NCBI RefSeq assembly: GCF_004010195.1
Contig: NC_057718.1
Coordinates: 46,093,897 to 46,157,896 of the forward strand
Length of the DNA stretch: 64,000 nucleotides
Direction: 5' to 3'
DNA from: Chiloscyllium plagiosum
Lineage: Eukaryota
In this document: one piece after another, positions 1-11,849 of the stretch
Position numbering within the stretch: position 1 is the stretch's first letter
Layout: each line of letters opens with the position of its first letter
Translations under genes and position numbers: made by a program
Notes under the pieces: generated by a model
Told to the model about the DNA's origin: nothing
The model's input: only the letters and a program-made list of their open reading frames with translations
The model's database searches: none

Positions 1-402
1 CCTTATCTCCATTCTAAAAGGTCTTCCCTTTACTCTAAAGTTGTGTCCTCAGGCGCCTCAGGTGCTAGTCTCTCCTACCAATGAAAACATTTTCCCAACA
101 TTCACTCTGTCCAGGCCATTCAGTATTCTGTAATTTTCAATTAGACCCCCCCATCCTTTTAAACTCCATCAAGTATAGACTCAAAGTCCTCAAACCTTCC
201 TCGTATGTTAAGCTGTTTATTCCTGGGGCCATTCTTGTGAACCTCTCTGAACGTGCTCCAAAGCCACTACCTCCTTCCTGAGATATGGGGCCCAAAACTT
301 CACACAGTACTCCAAATGTGGTCTGACCACAGTCTTACAGAGCCTCAGAAGTACATCCCTGCTTTTATAATCAAGTCCTCTTGAAATAAATGCCATCATT
401 GC
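1..402 (-). mobile_element. CR1/HER1-type LINE fragment (ORF2 C-terminal region), continues beyond window start
   Basis: Minus-strand translation AFISRGLDYKSRDVLLRLCKTVVRPHLEYCVKFWAPYLRKEVVALEHVQR matches the CR1 ORF2 post-RT motif (LxLYxxLVRPHLEYCVQFWxP). Confidence 0.9.
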
Positions 403-2227
403 AATAATTATGGAATTACAATAGTTTTGACAGTGCAGCTAAAGCAGTGAAGGACCATGGGATCCCTTTTGAAAATTTGTATTTGTCACAAAATGAATAT
501 TGTTGATGGAATTATATAACATTGATGATTCCAAGTAAGTTGGTGCTTTGTTGGTGGTGGTAAGTATGTCAGGTCAGGACAAAAAGGTTAATTAGTCATC
601 ATATTATTCACACTGTCTCTACCTTCACTACAAAGAAGTAATCATTGTTTAAAACCCCTGGTGTTGAAGAACTAAAAGATATTTCAAAATTGATAATCCA
701 TTGATTGTAAAAGAATTATGAGAGGAATTTCAACAGCAGGTACTTAAAATGATTGTGATTTCTTTTCAGCTTGCTGCTGCTTTAGTTATGAAGTTTTGGT
801 ATTTACTTAAGAAAGAAGTTGACTTCTCAATGCTTTTTTTTCTAAAATTAATGTCAAATAATTACTATTAGCCTTATTTTTCTTTTGTAATCTCATTGTG
901 TCAATTTCTGTGGATTCCTGAATATATTTGTTCAAATGGTTAGTACTGAATGCTTGGAGAGATTAGAATAATTATAGTCGAAATAGCTGAAATAATAACA
1001 CAGGACAGTCTTTAACCACACTTCATGCACTTTTCTGCAGTGTCACAGCTGCCTTCTGCTGAACTGTCTGGCCCCAGGCATTAACCTACCTTTCTCTTTC
1101 AGGTGCTGATGTACCAATTGGTCATTACCACCACATTTTGTTTTATGTTCCACAATTATTCTTCACAAGGTGTTCCAGGGATGTTTGTTTATCATAGTTC
1201 TTTTGTTAGTTTACTTGTTAAAATAAATATTAAATCTGCATTAAATGACTGTTTGAAATGAGAAAGATGGCAAACTGTACAGCTGGTATGTTTACCCCTA
1301 TGTGAATGCATTAAACTTTACTCTTGGTTTTCCTGAAGAACAGTCCAGAGGGCTAACTTGACAGCTAATGGCAGGTCCTTCTGGTCCATTGCACTGACCA
1401 TCTGACAGAATACAAAGTCCATTGGTCCATGTAAACTGAAATGACATTGCATTCAAAAATCACTGGTTGAATTGAGCATTTGCAGCTGTTTGCACAATGT
1501 ATTTGTAGGTTATGGTCACTTTTATCATTTAGAAGCACTCAACATATACACTAAGATTGTCCTTTATGAGCTCTTTTTTGTGAAAGGAAAGAAGTCAAGA
1601 AGCCCATGGAGACAGCAAGGGCAAAGACTGAAGATAAAATTGTGATATACTTCAGGAAACTCGGTTTAACTGAACATGTGGTTTTCTGGATAATTACTTG
1701 ACTTTGCAAACAGTAAATTCTGAAAGTTTTATGTTTTTATGTCATAATCCACATAGTATTGTTGAAATGTTAAATATCTAGTTTTTAGTTTTCTATTGAA
1801 TAATTTAATCATTTGTACTTGAAGATGGGACAATATTGGTAAAGTTATAATTATTGCCATTATAATCTTTATCCCTGCCAATAATTCTGTTTCCTAGACA
1901 CTGGTTCAATCACTTTATTTTGTCAGTGACTGAAACAAATTGTTCACAACCTTGATGTCATATTTGGCATGAAAATGAGTTTCAAACTATATGTCTGGTT
2001 GATCACTATGATAATTTATCTCTATCTCTGTGACATTGCTGAATCCACCTGTGCCTTGGCCCATTTGCTTTTGAAGTCTTTACCTAAGATTTTGTTATTT
2101 CTGGTCTTAACTATTTCAGTCAACTCCATGCTGGTCTCCCAAGATCTAACCTAAATCTTAGGTGGCCAAAAACACAGCTGCTGTGTCCTAACTCATACCA
2201 AATCCATTCTGTTAATTGTATTTTAAT

Positions 2228-3084
2228 TGTGGGCAGATGGAGTTTAATTTAGATAAATTTGAGGTCCTGCATTTTGGGAAAGCAAATCTTAACAGGACTT
2301 AATGGTAAGGTCCTGCATTTTGGGAAAGCAAATCTTAACAGGACTTAATGGTAAGGTCCTCAGGAGCATTGCTGAACAAAGTCACCTTGGCGTGCAGGTT
2401 CATAGTTCATTGAAATTGGAGTCACAGGTAGATAGGATAGTGAAGAAGGCGTTTGGTATGCTTTCCTTTATTGGTCAGAGTATTGAATACAGGAGTTGGG
2501 AGGTCATGCTGTGGCTGTGCAGGACATCGGTTAGGCCACTGTTGGAATATTGTGTGCAATTCTGGTCTCCTTCCTATTGGAAAGATGTTGTGAAACTTGA
2601 AACGGTTCAGAAAAGATTTACAAGGATGTTGCCAGGGTTGAAGGATTTAAGCTATATGGAGAGTTTGAATAGGCTAGGGCTGTTTTCACTGGAGTGTTGG
2701 AGGCTGAGGGGTGACTTTGTAAAGGTTTATAAAATCATGTGGGGCATGGACAGGGTAAATAGACAAAGTCTTTTCCCTGTGGTTGGGGAGTCCAGAACTA
2801 GAGGGCATAGGTTTAGGGTGAGAGGGGAAAGATATAAAAGAGGCCTAAGGGACAATGTTTTCATGCAGAGGGTGGTACGTGTATGGAATAAGCTGCCTGA
2901 CTAAGTGGTGGAGGCTGGTAGAATTGCAGCATTTAAAAGGCATTGGATGGGTATGCAGGAAGGGTTTGGAGGGATGTGGACCAGCTGCTGGCAGGTGGGA
3001 GTAGATTGGGGTGGGATATCTGGTCGACATGGATGAGTTGGACTGAAGGGTCTGTTTCCGTGCTGTACATCTCTATGACTCTAT
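2228..3084 (+). mobile_element. 5'-truncated CR1/HER1-type LINE with 3' tail
   Basis: ORF 2302..2904 has LGVQVHSSLKLESQVDRIVKKAFGMLSFIGQSIEYRSWEVML...RPLLEYCVQFWSP...RTRGHRFRVRG...VVRVWNKLP. It ends in the tail GAAGGGTCTGTTTCCGTGCTGTACATCTCTATGACTCTA. Confidence 0.95.
2262..2360 (+). repeat. Perfect 46-bp tandem duplication inside the CR1 copy
   Basis: AGGTCCTGCATTTTGGGAAAGCAAATCTTAACAGGACTTAATGGTA occurs at 2262-2307 and 2308-2353, followed by AGGTCCT. Confidence 0.95.
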
Positions 3085-3749
3085 TATCAAAGTTGAGGAA
3101 ACATGTCTGAAAGGTGTTGACTGATTAAGTACTTTGAGACTGCAAGGACACTTGGTTGATTATGGAAAAAAGCAGTAATATATATTTAATTTTGTAAAAT
3201 AAATCTAGTATTAAGTAGAAAAATTGGCTTTTGCTTTCCTACTTTACCATTGGTTTCTAGATTGAAGTAACATGATAGAGAATAGTTGTCTACAGTTGAA
3301 AATTTGAAATTAATAGATATAATATGTAGAATATCTGAGTTACTTTTGTGGAGAATGACTAAAAGCAAGAATAAATTGTCAGGATGTGATCACCACTCGA
3401 TGTGCTTTAATCTGAACCCAATGTCTAATAGAAGAATGAAGTTGACAAATGCACATTGGTTATGATATAATCTAAGAGGAAAAAAAGTGTGGCATTTGTT
3501 ATCACTTCTTAACAAAAGTAAAACCGGTCGCAATGTATTTTGTGAGCTGCATGTCCTCCATTGGATACTGATGGAACTTTGGACCTTTTTAGCTTCAGGG
3601 GTGAGCTGTACAAGAAAGATGGTCTATTAAATGTCTAAAAGGTATGGCCAAACATTGATATATTTCAAATATTGCTAAACATTTGACAGTGTATTGTCAT
3701 TCTGTAGAAGAATTTACCATAAACTTAAAACATGGTGTAAAAGATTGCA

Positions 3750-3882
3750 GAAATTCAAAATGCTAAAGATGCTGGAGATCTGAAATATAGACAAAGTGAT
3801 GGAGAAACTCAGCAAGTCTGGCAGTATCAAAGGAGAGAGAAACAGGATCAGTACTTTGAGTTCAATATGATTCTTCTTCAGG
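3750..3882 (-). mobile_element. Degenerate Penelope-like terminal fragment
   Basis: GATGCTGGAGATCTGAAATA...GGAGAAACTCAGCAAGTCTGGCAGTATC...GAGAGAAACAG...TTCTTCAG is the reverse complement of the PLE 3' ends seen at 22340-22440, 35300-35420 and 58065-58170. Confidence 0.65.
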
Positions 3883-4895
3883 ACCTTGAGATTCCTCATT
3901 CAATGTTCACATTTAAATTGCTGGATTGTGCTGAAGGTGTTGTATAAAGATTCTAGTCTTGATTGGAAAAAGACAATTTTGGATCATATATCTTTTTTTT
4001 AAAAAATCCTGCAGAAGCAGTCATAAGCAGTAACATAATGGTGCAAGTGGAACACTCTGCAGTATTACAAAGAATGCAGGGTGCCGTTGCCAGGCCCCAG
4101 TACCAATATGTCCAACTCTGAACTTGAAACTAGTTTTTATTGATTGAAACTGAATAAAAAAGGCCATAAAAGATGGCGACCTGAGAGTCACGACTTCTTA
4201 TGGATTGAAACTATTCTATTGTCTATTGAATAGGCAACTTAAATACAAAGATGTCACTTGTTTCCACTGTTCAATTTGTCAGATGACAACACAGGATCAT
4301 GGAAACCAATAGAAAAAACATTCTTTGTTTAGAGAAATAGGTTAAACTTATGGAACTTGCATAATAATCGAACTGTTTTGTGATCTGCTTTGAAATCGCA
4401 CAGAAACTGCTTTCAGGCAGAGTTCTATGGAAAGGCATTGAACTAGTTGTAAGTCATCCAAGCAACTAAGGTAATAAACAGCAAGCAAGAGCAAAGGACT
4501 CCCCAGTTTGTTCCAACTTTCAGTTGACTTAAGAACCAGACTCCAAGAATTTTGACCCAGGAAATCTTTTAGTTTTCTGAGAATGCTCTACTTTATCAGA
4601 ATTTGGAGGACGGGTTAAATTTCTGATTGACAATGGAGATTGTGAATTTACCAATGACAAGTCTAGTGACATCGGGTAAATAAGTATTGTGGTCAGGAGC
4701 CCTGCAGCTGGAAATCCTTTCAGTAATGAACTCTGAGACAAATCATGTGACAGTCAATAAGCCGTTGCATAAGACTTAAGCTGATCAAACAAACTGTAAG
4801 CTAACAACTTAGTTGGTATGGGCAGTTGATACAAAGAATGTGTCCTTGAATAGTTGGAGACCATGGTCATTATTAATTCTTCTATGACAAGAATC

Positions 4896-5792
4896 AACTA
4901 AGGAGAAAGTGAGGACTGCAGATGCTGAAGATCAGACTAAAAAGGTATAGTACTGGAAAAGCACAACCGATCAGGCAGCACCCGAGGAGCAGGAGACTCG
5001 ATGTTTCGAGCATAAGCTCTTCATCGGGATTGAGGGGGAGGGCCAAGGGGGTTGAGAGATAAATGGGAGGGGTGGGTGGATCTGGGGGCAAGGTAGCTGG
5101 GAATGCGATGGGTAGATGAAGGTGGGAGGTGATGGTGATAGGTCAGAGCGGAGCGTGGAATGGATAGGTAGGAAAGAAGATGGACAGATAGGACAGTTCA
5201 AGAGGATGGTCCTGAGTTGGAAAAAGGTGGGGAGAGGGGAGATGAGGAAACTGGTGAAATCAATATTGATCCAAATATTGGTTGGAGGGTCCCAAGGCAG
5301 AAGATGAGGTGTTCTTCCTCCAGGTGTCGGGTGGCTAGAATGTGGCAGTGGGCGAGGCCCAGGACTTCCATGTCCTTGTCAGAGTGGGAAGGGGTGTTGA
5401 AGTGTTTGGCCACAGGACAGTGTGGTTGTTTAGTGTTCCAGAGATGTTCTCTGATATGTTCCACGATGTGGCATTCTGTTTCCCTAGTGTAGCCCAGAGA
5501 TGTTGGCATTCTATATCCTTCCATATCCGGCAGAGATTTTCCTGCAGCTCCACACACGTCATCTACTGTGTCCGTTGCTCCCGATGTGATCTCCTCATCA
5601 TCACCATCACCCCCCCACCTTCATCCATCTATCGCATTCCCAGCAACCCCCCCTTCCCACTCCCATTTATCTATCAGCTCCCTTGGGCCTCCCCTACATT
5701 CCTGATGAAGAGCTTATGTTTGAAACATCGACTCCCCTGCTCCTCGGATGTTGCTTGACTGGCCGTGCTTTTTCAGCACCAAACTTTTTGAT
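4896..5792. mobile_element. Penelope-like element with inverted structure (GIY-YIG remnants on both strands, terminal inverted pseudo-LTRs)
   Basis: Minus strand: EHIREHL...PVAKHFNTPSHSDKDMEVLGLAHC...TRHLEEEHLIFCLGTLQP (GIY-YIG C-terminal part). Plus strand 5515-5595: FHIRQRFSCSSTHVIYCVRCSRCDLL (GIY-YIG N-terminal part). 4935-5130 and 5600-5790 are inverted copies. TSD-like TATGACAAGAATC (4883-4895) / TACGAGAAGAATC (5793-5805). Confidence 0.9.
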
Positions 5793-5904
5793 TACGAGAA
5801 GAATCCCCAATGCACCTCTTGAGCTGTTCTGCTTCTCACCCAGCCCTCAGAGATAATAATTACTTTGTTTCTGCACATTTGACAGATTGACGTGTGTGGA
5901 GTTG

Positions 5905-6810
5905 ATAAAGTGGGGCACTGCAAAATGCCCACCAGGTCAGGCAACATCTGAGAAGCAAGAAAGTCACTGTTTTTGGCTTAACCCTTCATCAGGATTGGGG
6001 AAGGGGCAAGGGAGTTGAGAAAAAAAATGGGGGACGGTTGGGGTTTGGGGAGAAAGGTAGTTGGGATGGAGATAGGTGGGCGAAAGTAGGAGGTAATTGT
6101 GATAGGTTGGTGGGAAATGTGGAGCGGATAGGTGAGAAGCAAGTTGGACAGGTAAGTCAGGTCAAGAAGTTGGGGCTGAGTCAGAGGGTTGGATCTGGGA
6201 TAGTGTGGGGGAGGGGAGATTTGGAATCTGGTGAATTCAATGTGGTTGTAGGCTCCCGAGGCGAAAGATGAGGTGTTCCTCCTCCAATCTGTGGGTGGCC
6301 TTGTATAGAAGTTAAGGATGCCCAGAATGTTGGCAATGTTACTTGTAAGTGGTCATACTTCTTAAGATCTTGGCTGCAGAAAATTGTATGGGACATGTCA
6401 TGGGAGGAGTGGGAGGGGGACTTGAAGTGGATGGCCACAGGAAGGAAAGGTTGGTTGCAGCTTACAGACCAGAGATGTTCTCTGAACTGTTCCACGAGTT
6501 TGCGCTTGGTCTCTCCAATGTGGTTCAAGGATATGCTGGATTTGGAATGATCCATTGGGGCTTTGGACAGACATGAGGGGGGAGTTGTAGGGTAGGTTTT
6601 ATACCTTTTATGGTGCCAGGCGTCGGTGCCAGGCATGGAGGGGGGGTTGGTGGGCAGTGTGGATCTAACGAAGGAGTCACGGAAGGAATGGTCCTTATGG
6701 AATGCAGGTAGGGGTGGAAAAGAATATGTTTTTGGTGATGGGGTATGACTGTCAGTGGGAGGAGGTGTGGTCAAGGTAGCTGTGGGAGTCAGTAGATTTG
6801 AAATAGATGT
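5905..6810 (-). mobile_element. Penelope-like element 3' portion (RT-EN linker and GIY-YIG remnants)
   Basis: ORF 6181..6888 contains FPPLPAFHKDHSFRDSFVRSTLP...IGETKRKLVEQFREHLWSV...PVAIHFKSPSHSSHDMS. A G-rich UTR follows, with CCTTCATCAGG (antisense hammerhead core) near 5983-5993. Confidence 0.85.
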
Positions 6811-7379
6811 CAGTGTGGATCCTAAAACAGGCAGTATATGCATCATCAAGAGGAGTTGGGTGAGTTGAGATCCCAGAAGTAGAAACATGAATTAATAAGA
6901 TGAAAGAAAAAAGGATTGGATAGTTGGAGGGAATTTGGTGTTTATTTAGAAGTGCCAGCTAGAGAATAGCTAGGCTTATCACACACATAGACAGGAACAG
7001 GAAAAGCCTTCCCAGATGGGACATACAAAACAATACTAAGACTGGTGGCTCAGGGTTTCCCAGAGGTATTAGTGATTCTGTCTTGGTAGAACAAGTGATC
7101 CTGAAAATTTAGGTCAATTGATATCCAAGTTGTATTCTTAGTGTGCAAAATTTCAAACAGAAGTTTTTTTTTTAAAACTACACAGAAAGCAGGCAATGTA
7201 GAAGAGGACATGAAAAGATTAAACAGATTGATTTATGATTGAAAAATCCCTCAAAGATACGGTATTTCTTGGTTTGGTCTGTTCTGTACGTAGGGTGCAC
7301 TCAACTGAAAGCAAATCCATCAAAGTTCTCCTGGCACTACAAAGGGGCTCTTTCAGGCATCTTTATGACACAATAGGAT

Positions 7380-7548
7380 GAGTTCTTGAATTTATTCAAG
7401 GCAGTGTTAGGTAGGTTTTTGATAGACAACAAAGTCAAGGGATATAGGGGAGTTGAAGTATATAACTGGATCAACCATGATTTTATTAAAAGAGGGAGTG
7501 TGGCTCAGAGGTCTGAATGGCCTTTTCCTATTCCTGACTTCTGTGGTC
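7380..7548 (+). mobile_element. Old CR1 3'-end fragment
   Basis: TTGAATTTATTCAAGGCAG...AGGTTTTTGATAG...AGTCAAGGGATATAGGG...GATCAACCATGAT...GAATGGCCTTTTCCTATTCCT resembles the CR1 3' ends at 53190-53365 and 55180-55350. Confidence 0.7.
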
Positions 7549-7591
7549 CCTTTGTACTATTTTAATTATTTTCTTTGGGAGATTTTGTAGT

Positions 7592-7712
7592 TAGCAAGTT
7601 TTGAGAAGATTTGTAGCCCAGGTTGAGGTTCTGGATGTAGGTTTGCTCGCTGAGCTGAAAGGTTTGTTTTCTTGAAAACGGACCTTCCTGCTCAGCGAGC
7701 AAACTGACATCC
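7592..7712. mobile_element. Short Penelope-derived fold-back insertion
   Basis: Inverted repeat TCTGGATGTAGGTTTGCTCGCTGAGCTGAAAGGTTTGTTTTC / GAAAACGGACCTTCCTGCTCAGCGAGCAAACTGACATCCAGA. Its left end AAGTTTTGAGAAGATTTGTAGC is shared with the PLE at 8304. TSD AGATTTTGTAGT (7580-7591) / AGATTTTGTGGT (7713-7724). Confidence 0.8.
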
Positions 7713-8099
7713 AGATTTTGTGGTATTTGAGTAATTTGTTATAAATGTTTAAAGGGGAATTTACTTTTGTAAATCTTGGGGAATTTGGGGGCTTCTAAAT
7801 ATATAATCTTAGACATTAAGCAGAATAAGTCAGAACAGTTTTGAAGCAACAATCATATCTAGACAGAGTTACTTTTAGGTGGTCACATCCCTGAGGATAA
7901 TGTCTTCTGATTTGATCAGTGCTTAAGGACAGGAGGGTGTGACTTACAGCAAGACAGGGGAGGGGTTTAAGAAAGAAGGACTGCGAGAGCCTCAAACTTT
8001 GGAAAGATTGGAGATTGCAATTTACATGAATGAAAGTGAGGGCTGCAAGGTGAGTGAGAGAACTGGCCATGGTACCAAAATATAGGATGCTATTCCAGT

Positions 8100-8178
8100 G
8101 AAGAGGTTAACAGGACTGTTCTAGAGGTGAAGGACAGCATAATCAGAGGATTAGATACAATTTTCTGCAGCCAAGACC
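8100..8178 (+). mobile_element. CR1 ORF1 (SGNH/GDSL esterase-like) remnant
   Basis: Translation LEVKDSIIRGLDTIFCSQD resembles the CR1 ORF1 esterase block (V-I-G-D-S-I-V-R-G-x-D-x-x-F-C). Confidence 0.55.
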
Positions 8179-8303
8179 TTAAGAAATATGACCACTTACA
8201 AGTAACACTGCCAAGGTATGATTGTCATTTCAAGGTTTTTCCTGACCTATCATTGCTTAATGTCCAAGCCTATATGTATATGGCTTTAAGGTTGAGGTAG
8301 ATA

Positions 8304-8733
8304 TTCAAAGTTTGTGAGAAGATTTGTAGCTTGGGTGCTCGTTGTTGTGGTTCTGTTCGCCGAACTAGCCACAAAACGACATGACCAGCTATCCTTAGTA
8401 GCCACACACGCAGATGAAAAGCAACATGAATTCGACTGGGACAACACTACTATTATAGGACAAGCCAAACAGAACAGCCAGGGAATTCCTAGAGGCATGG
8501 CACTCATCCACAGATTCAATCAATAAGCACATCGACCTGGACCCAATATACCGACCACTGCAACGGACAGCTGGAACTGACAACCGGAAGCGGCAGATTC
8601 AAACCACTATAAATGGCAGAGGAAACATCACAGAAGTGCTTCACAGGAGGCTCCCAAGCACTGAGGATGTCACCTTGACAGGGGATGAAATGTCTGCAAC
8701 ACAAATTCCCAGCTCGGCGAACAGAATCACAAT
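8304..8733 (+). mobile_element. Penelope-like element 3' end (GIY-YIG C-terminus, hammerhead motif, 5' inverted tip) inserted in a CR1 3' fragment
   Basis: Translates LATKRHDQLSLVATHADEKQHEFDWDNTTIIGQAKQ and, after a frameshift, REFLEAWHS...INKHIDLDPIYRPL. 8345-8366 is the reverse complement of 8711-8732. Perfect 13-bp TSD GTTGAGGTAGATA (8291-8303 / 8734-8746). The CR1 tail resumes at 8747-8888. Confidence 0.9.
8658..8697 (+). ncRNA. Minimal type I hammerhead ribozyme motif (CpG-decayed)
   Basis: GCA-CUGAGGA-U-GUCACC UUGACA GGGGAU-GAAA-UG-UC-UGC: stem I GCA/UGC, core CUGANGA and GAAA, UC cleavage-site dinucleotide. Confidence 0.65.
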
Positions 8734-9419
8734 GTTGAGGTAGATAGTTGATTAATAATGGAGTTATCGGGGCTCAGCAGGAATGTGGATTTAAGGCCTC
8801 AGCCAGCTCAGCCACAATCTCATGAAATGGCAGAGCAAGCTGGAGGGCCTAAACAGCCTAGTCCTGCTCCCAATTCATATGTTCATATTTATCCTGAAAA
8901 ATCATGCCAGATCATCACACAAAGATGATTTTAGATCTGAGAAGAAACCGAGCAGTTAGGAGTATTGATGGAGCAATTAACTTGGTTTTGCACTCAGACA
9001 AGACACAATGCAAGTTTTGATGTATTGCCTCTAATACCGTAACAAAACACATTACAATGGAGGATGTTCAAGGTCAAATAAAGCATTGAAGAAATTTAAA
9101 CATGGAGAAACACATTCTCCAGTTTTCCAAACGTGGTGACACAAAGAACATGAAGTTTAGTCTTTTTAACTAATTCTTATCTTGAGAATTTCCTGTATGT
9201 GATTTTGAGTTTGAAATGCCTTAGCTGTGGAAACACTGCTTCTGGTAGAAGCAATTAGATATTATTAAGTAAATATCTTAAGGGAAAACCTGTACAAGTG
9301 ATATTTGAGAATATTTACCCATTGAACACTGAGTATAATTGACAAAGAATGTCACTGGGGAAAGGTTAAGGACAAAAGAGATGCTAGGTAGAAAAGTGAT
9401 CGCTAAGCTAAAAAGGAAA

Positions 9420-10958
9420 GCGTAGTATGTCAAGTCAACATCGTTTCCTCAAAAGAGAAAAACTTTGACCTACATATTAGAAATGTTTGAGGAGGCCACA
9501 TAATAGTAAAATGGATAATGGGAACCAATTGATGCAGTCTCCTTGGATTTCCAAAGGTCATTTGTTAAGGTGCTGCAAAAAAGGCTAAAACAAAAATAAG
9601 GGCTCGTGGATTTGAGGCTAATACATTGGCATGGAGAGAGGATTGTCTAATGGACATGAAGCAGAAAGTAAGGACAAATAGGACATGTTAACATAGATTA
9701 TGACTCATGCAGTGTCACAAGGGTCAGCGTTGGGATTTCAGCTACTTACAGTTCTCTGATCTCTAAGTTTGCTGATCATACAGAGCTAGGTGGGAATGCC
9801 AGCTGTGAGAAGGATCTGAAGAGTCTGCAAAGAGATAAGGATAGATTTAGGGTAACAAGGTGAAAAATGAAATGGAATGTGGGGAAATGTGAAGGAATGG
9901 AAAAACAAAGTATTTCTAAAATACAAGGAACTCGAAAATCTTAATATTCAGAGGAAAACAAATAGCACCATGGCACGGCAAGGAATGAAGAAAATAAATA
10001 GCCCACTGCCCTTTATTACACATGAATTGGATTACCAAATAAAGAAATGTAACTAGAATTGTGTGAGGCTTTGGTGCGACCATACCTGGAATATTGTGTG
10101 CAATTTTCAACTCCATATTTTAAGAAAGGATGAGATTAGATTAGATTACTTACAGTGTGGAAACAGGCCTTTCGGCCCAACAAGTCCACACCAACCTGCC
10201 AAAGCGCAACCCACCCAGACCCATTCCCCTACATTTACCCCTTCACCTAACACTACGGATAATTTAGCCTGGCCAATTCACCTAACCTGCACATTTTTGG
10301 ATTGTGGGAGGAAACCGGAGCACCCGGAGGAAACCCATGCTGACACTGGGAGAATGTGCAAACTCCACATAGTCGCCTGAGGCGGGAATTGAACCCAGGT
10401 CTCAGGCACTGTGAGGCAACAGTGCTAACCACTGTGCCACCATGCCACCCACATACTTGCCTGAGAGAAAGTGCATTGAAGGATTGTCCCTAGGGTGAGA
10501 AGATTTTACCCTGATGGGAGACAAAGTAAATTTGGTTTAGATTCTCTGTAGTTTAAAACAATGAGAGGGATCTCATTGAAACATTCAAGATTATGAAGCA
10601 GCTTGAAGTGCTAGATGCTGAATCAATGCTTCTTCTGTTTGGGAATTCTAGAACAGTTTCAGGATAAGGGGCTGATCATTGAGCACTGAGGCAAGAAGAA
10701 AAGTCTTCACTCGAACATTGTGAATCTTTGAAACTCTTTACCCCAGGATACGGCAACATTGAATGCGTATAAATCTAAGAACAGTCTAAGAGGGCTGAAT
10801 AGCCTATGTTCCTATACATAGATTTTTGTTCTCATGGGAACAACATTGGGAATAGTTGGGAAATTGGATTTGAAGCCTAAGGCCAGCCATAATGTAGTGA
10901 ATGGCAGAGCCCAGGTTTGACAGGCATTTTCCTGCTCCTGTAAGTTCTTATGTTCTTA
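9420..10958 (+). mobile_element. Old, degenerate CR1 LINE (RT to 3' tail), interrupted by an HE1 SINE
   Basis: Remnants of SQH.F...LEMFEE.T, D.V.LDFQRSF.KV, SQGS.LG, SKFADHT.LGG and VRPYLEYCVQF. 3' tail CCTGCTCCTG...TTCTTATGTTCTTA. Confidence 0.85.
10133..10450 (-). mobile_element. HE1-type tRNA-derived SINE, full length
   Basis: Minus strand starts GGGTGGCATGGTGGCACAGTGGTTAGCACTG (A box)...GGTTCAATTCC (B box) and ends with the CR1-like tail GGCCTGTTTCCACACTGTAAGTAA(TCTAA)n. Confidence 0.95.
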
Positions 10959-11849
10959 TTCTTGCAGTTGGTATGAAAAGGGGATGGTGAGTCTTTGAAA
11001 CCCTTCTCCTTGATGGCATTGCTCCCAATCCAAGGGATGTCTCTAACCTCAGTAAGTCTGCAACAGATTTTGCATTAGAGATTGGTAACTTCTGTTGGCA
11101 AAGGACAACAACTTCACCGTCTTCACAGTGAAAAAGAGGCAACAGCTGGATAGGACATATTGCTTCAGCAGATGGCAGAGTACCCTTGAGTGAAAATAGT
11201 CACAGTTCGAACTCAAATGCCAATCAGAATAATTCTCAGCCTTCATGAAGTGGTTTGTAATAATTTAAGATTTAGATGTTATCAGACTTTCCTCATATTA
11301 TTGCAGATATCATGTTCGTGAATGTCTCTTAGCCTAACCAGATGGTAAGGTGCCTTCATTTCCGAAGCAGCACTGGATGAATGATTTCTGGAACTAAATT
11401 ATCATGTGTCTCAAGGGCCTAAAAATTGGGTTTCAAAGCATCAAAGGTTTCATTACTTCGGAGTTCAGAAATGGGCTAAAAATGCCATTTCTGGCCCAAC
11501 CCGCACCAGTCAACATACTTGGAAAGCTGTGCATATACCGATAACTTGCAAAGTGTGCACAACGTCATATCAGTTAACATCAAACACCGATCTTGAGTGG
11601 CCCATTTTGAACTTCGCAGATGGTGTGCTTTTGCTTTTCTTTTGCAGGTGCTGGGCTAGTAGAAGTACTTTATCTTCTCTGTTGACGGAGGAACTCACAC
11701 AAGTTGTTGAAGTCAATAGCGAGTGGTGTTTGCCTCCGCTAGAAGTTGAGTGGATTCATCCTCATGGGGCCCTTGTTTCTATCTCTCATAGGTTGCAACA
11801 TAACTGGGATTGAAGCACAAGCAGCAGAAAGGGCACTGAAGAAGGAGAG

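Noticed and set aside
1085..1175. Splice-acceptor-like CTTTCTCTTTCAG|GTG as a host exon
   Set aside because: No recognisable peptide or strong downstream donor; such sites occur by chance.
4085..4752. Possible LTR (also TGTT-starting blocks near 34887 and 48283)
   Set aside because: Only terminal dinucleotide and composition hints, with no second copy, PBS/PPT or clear TSD.
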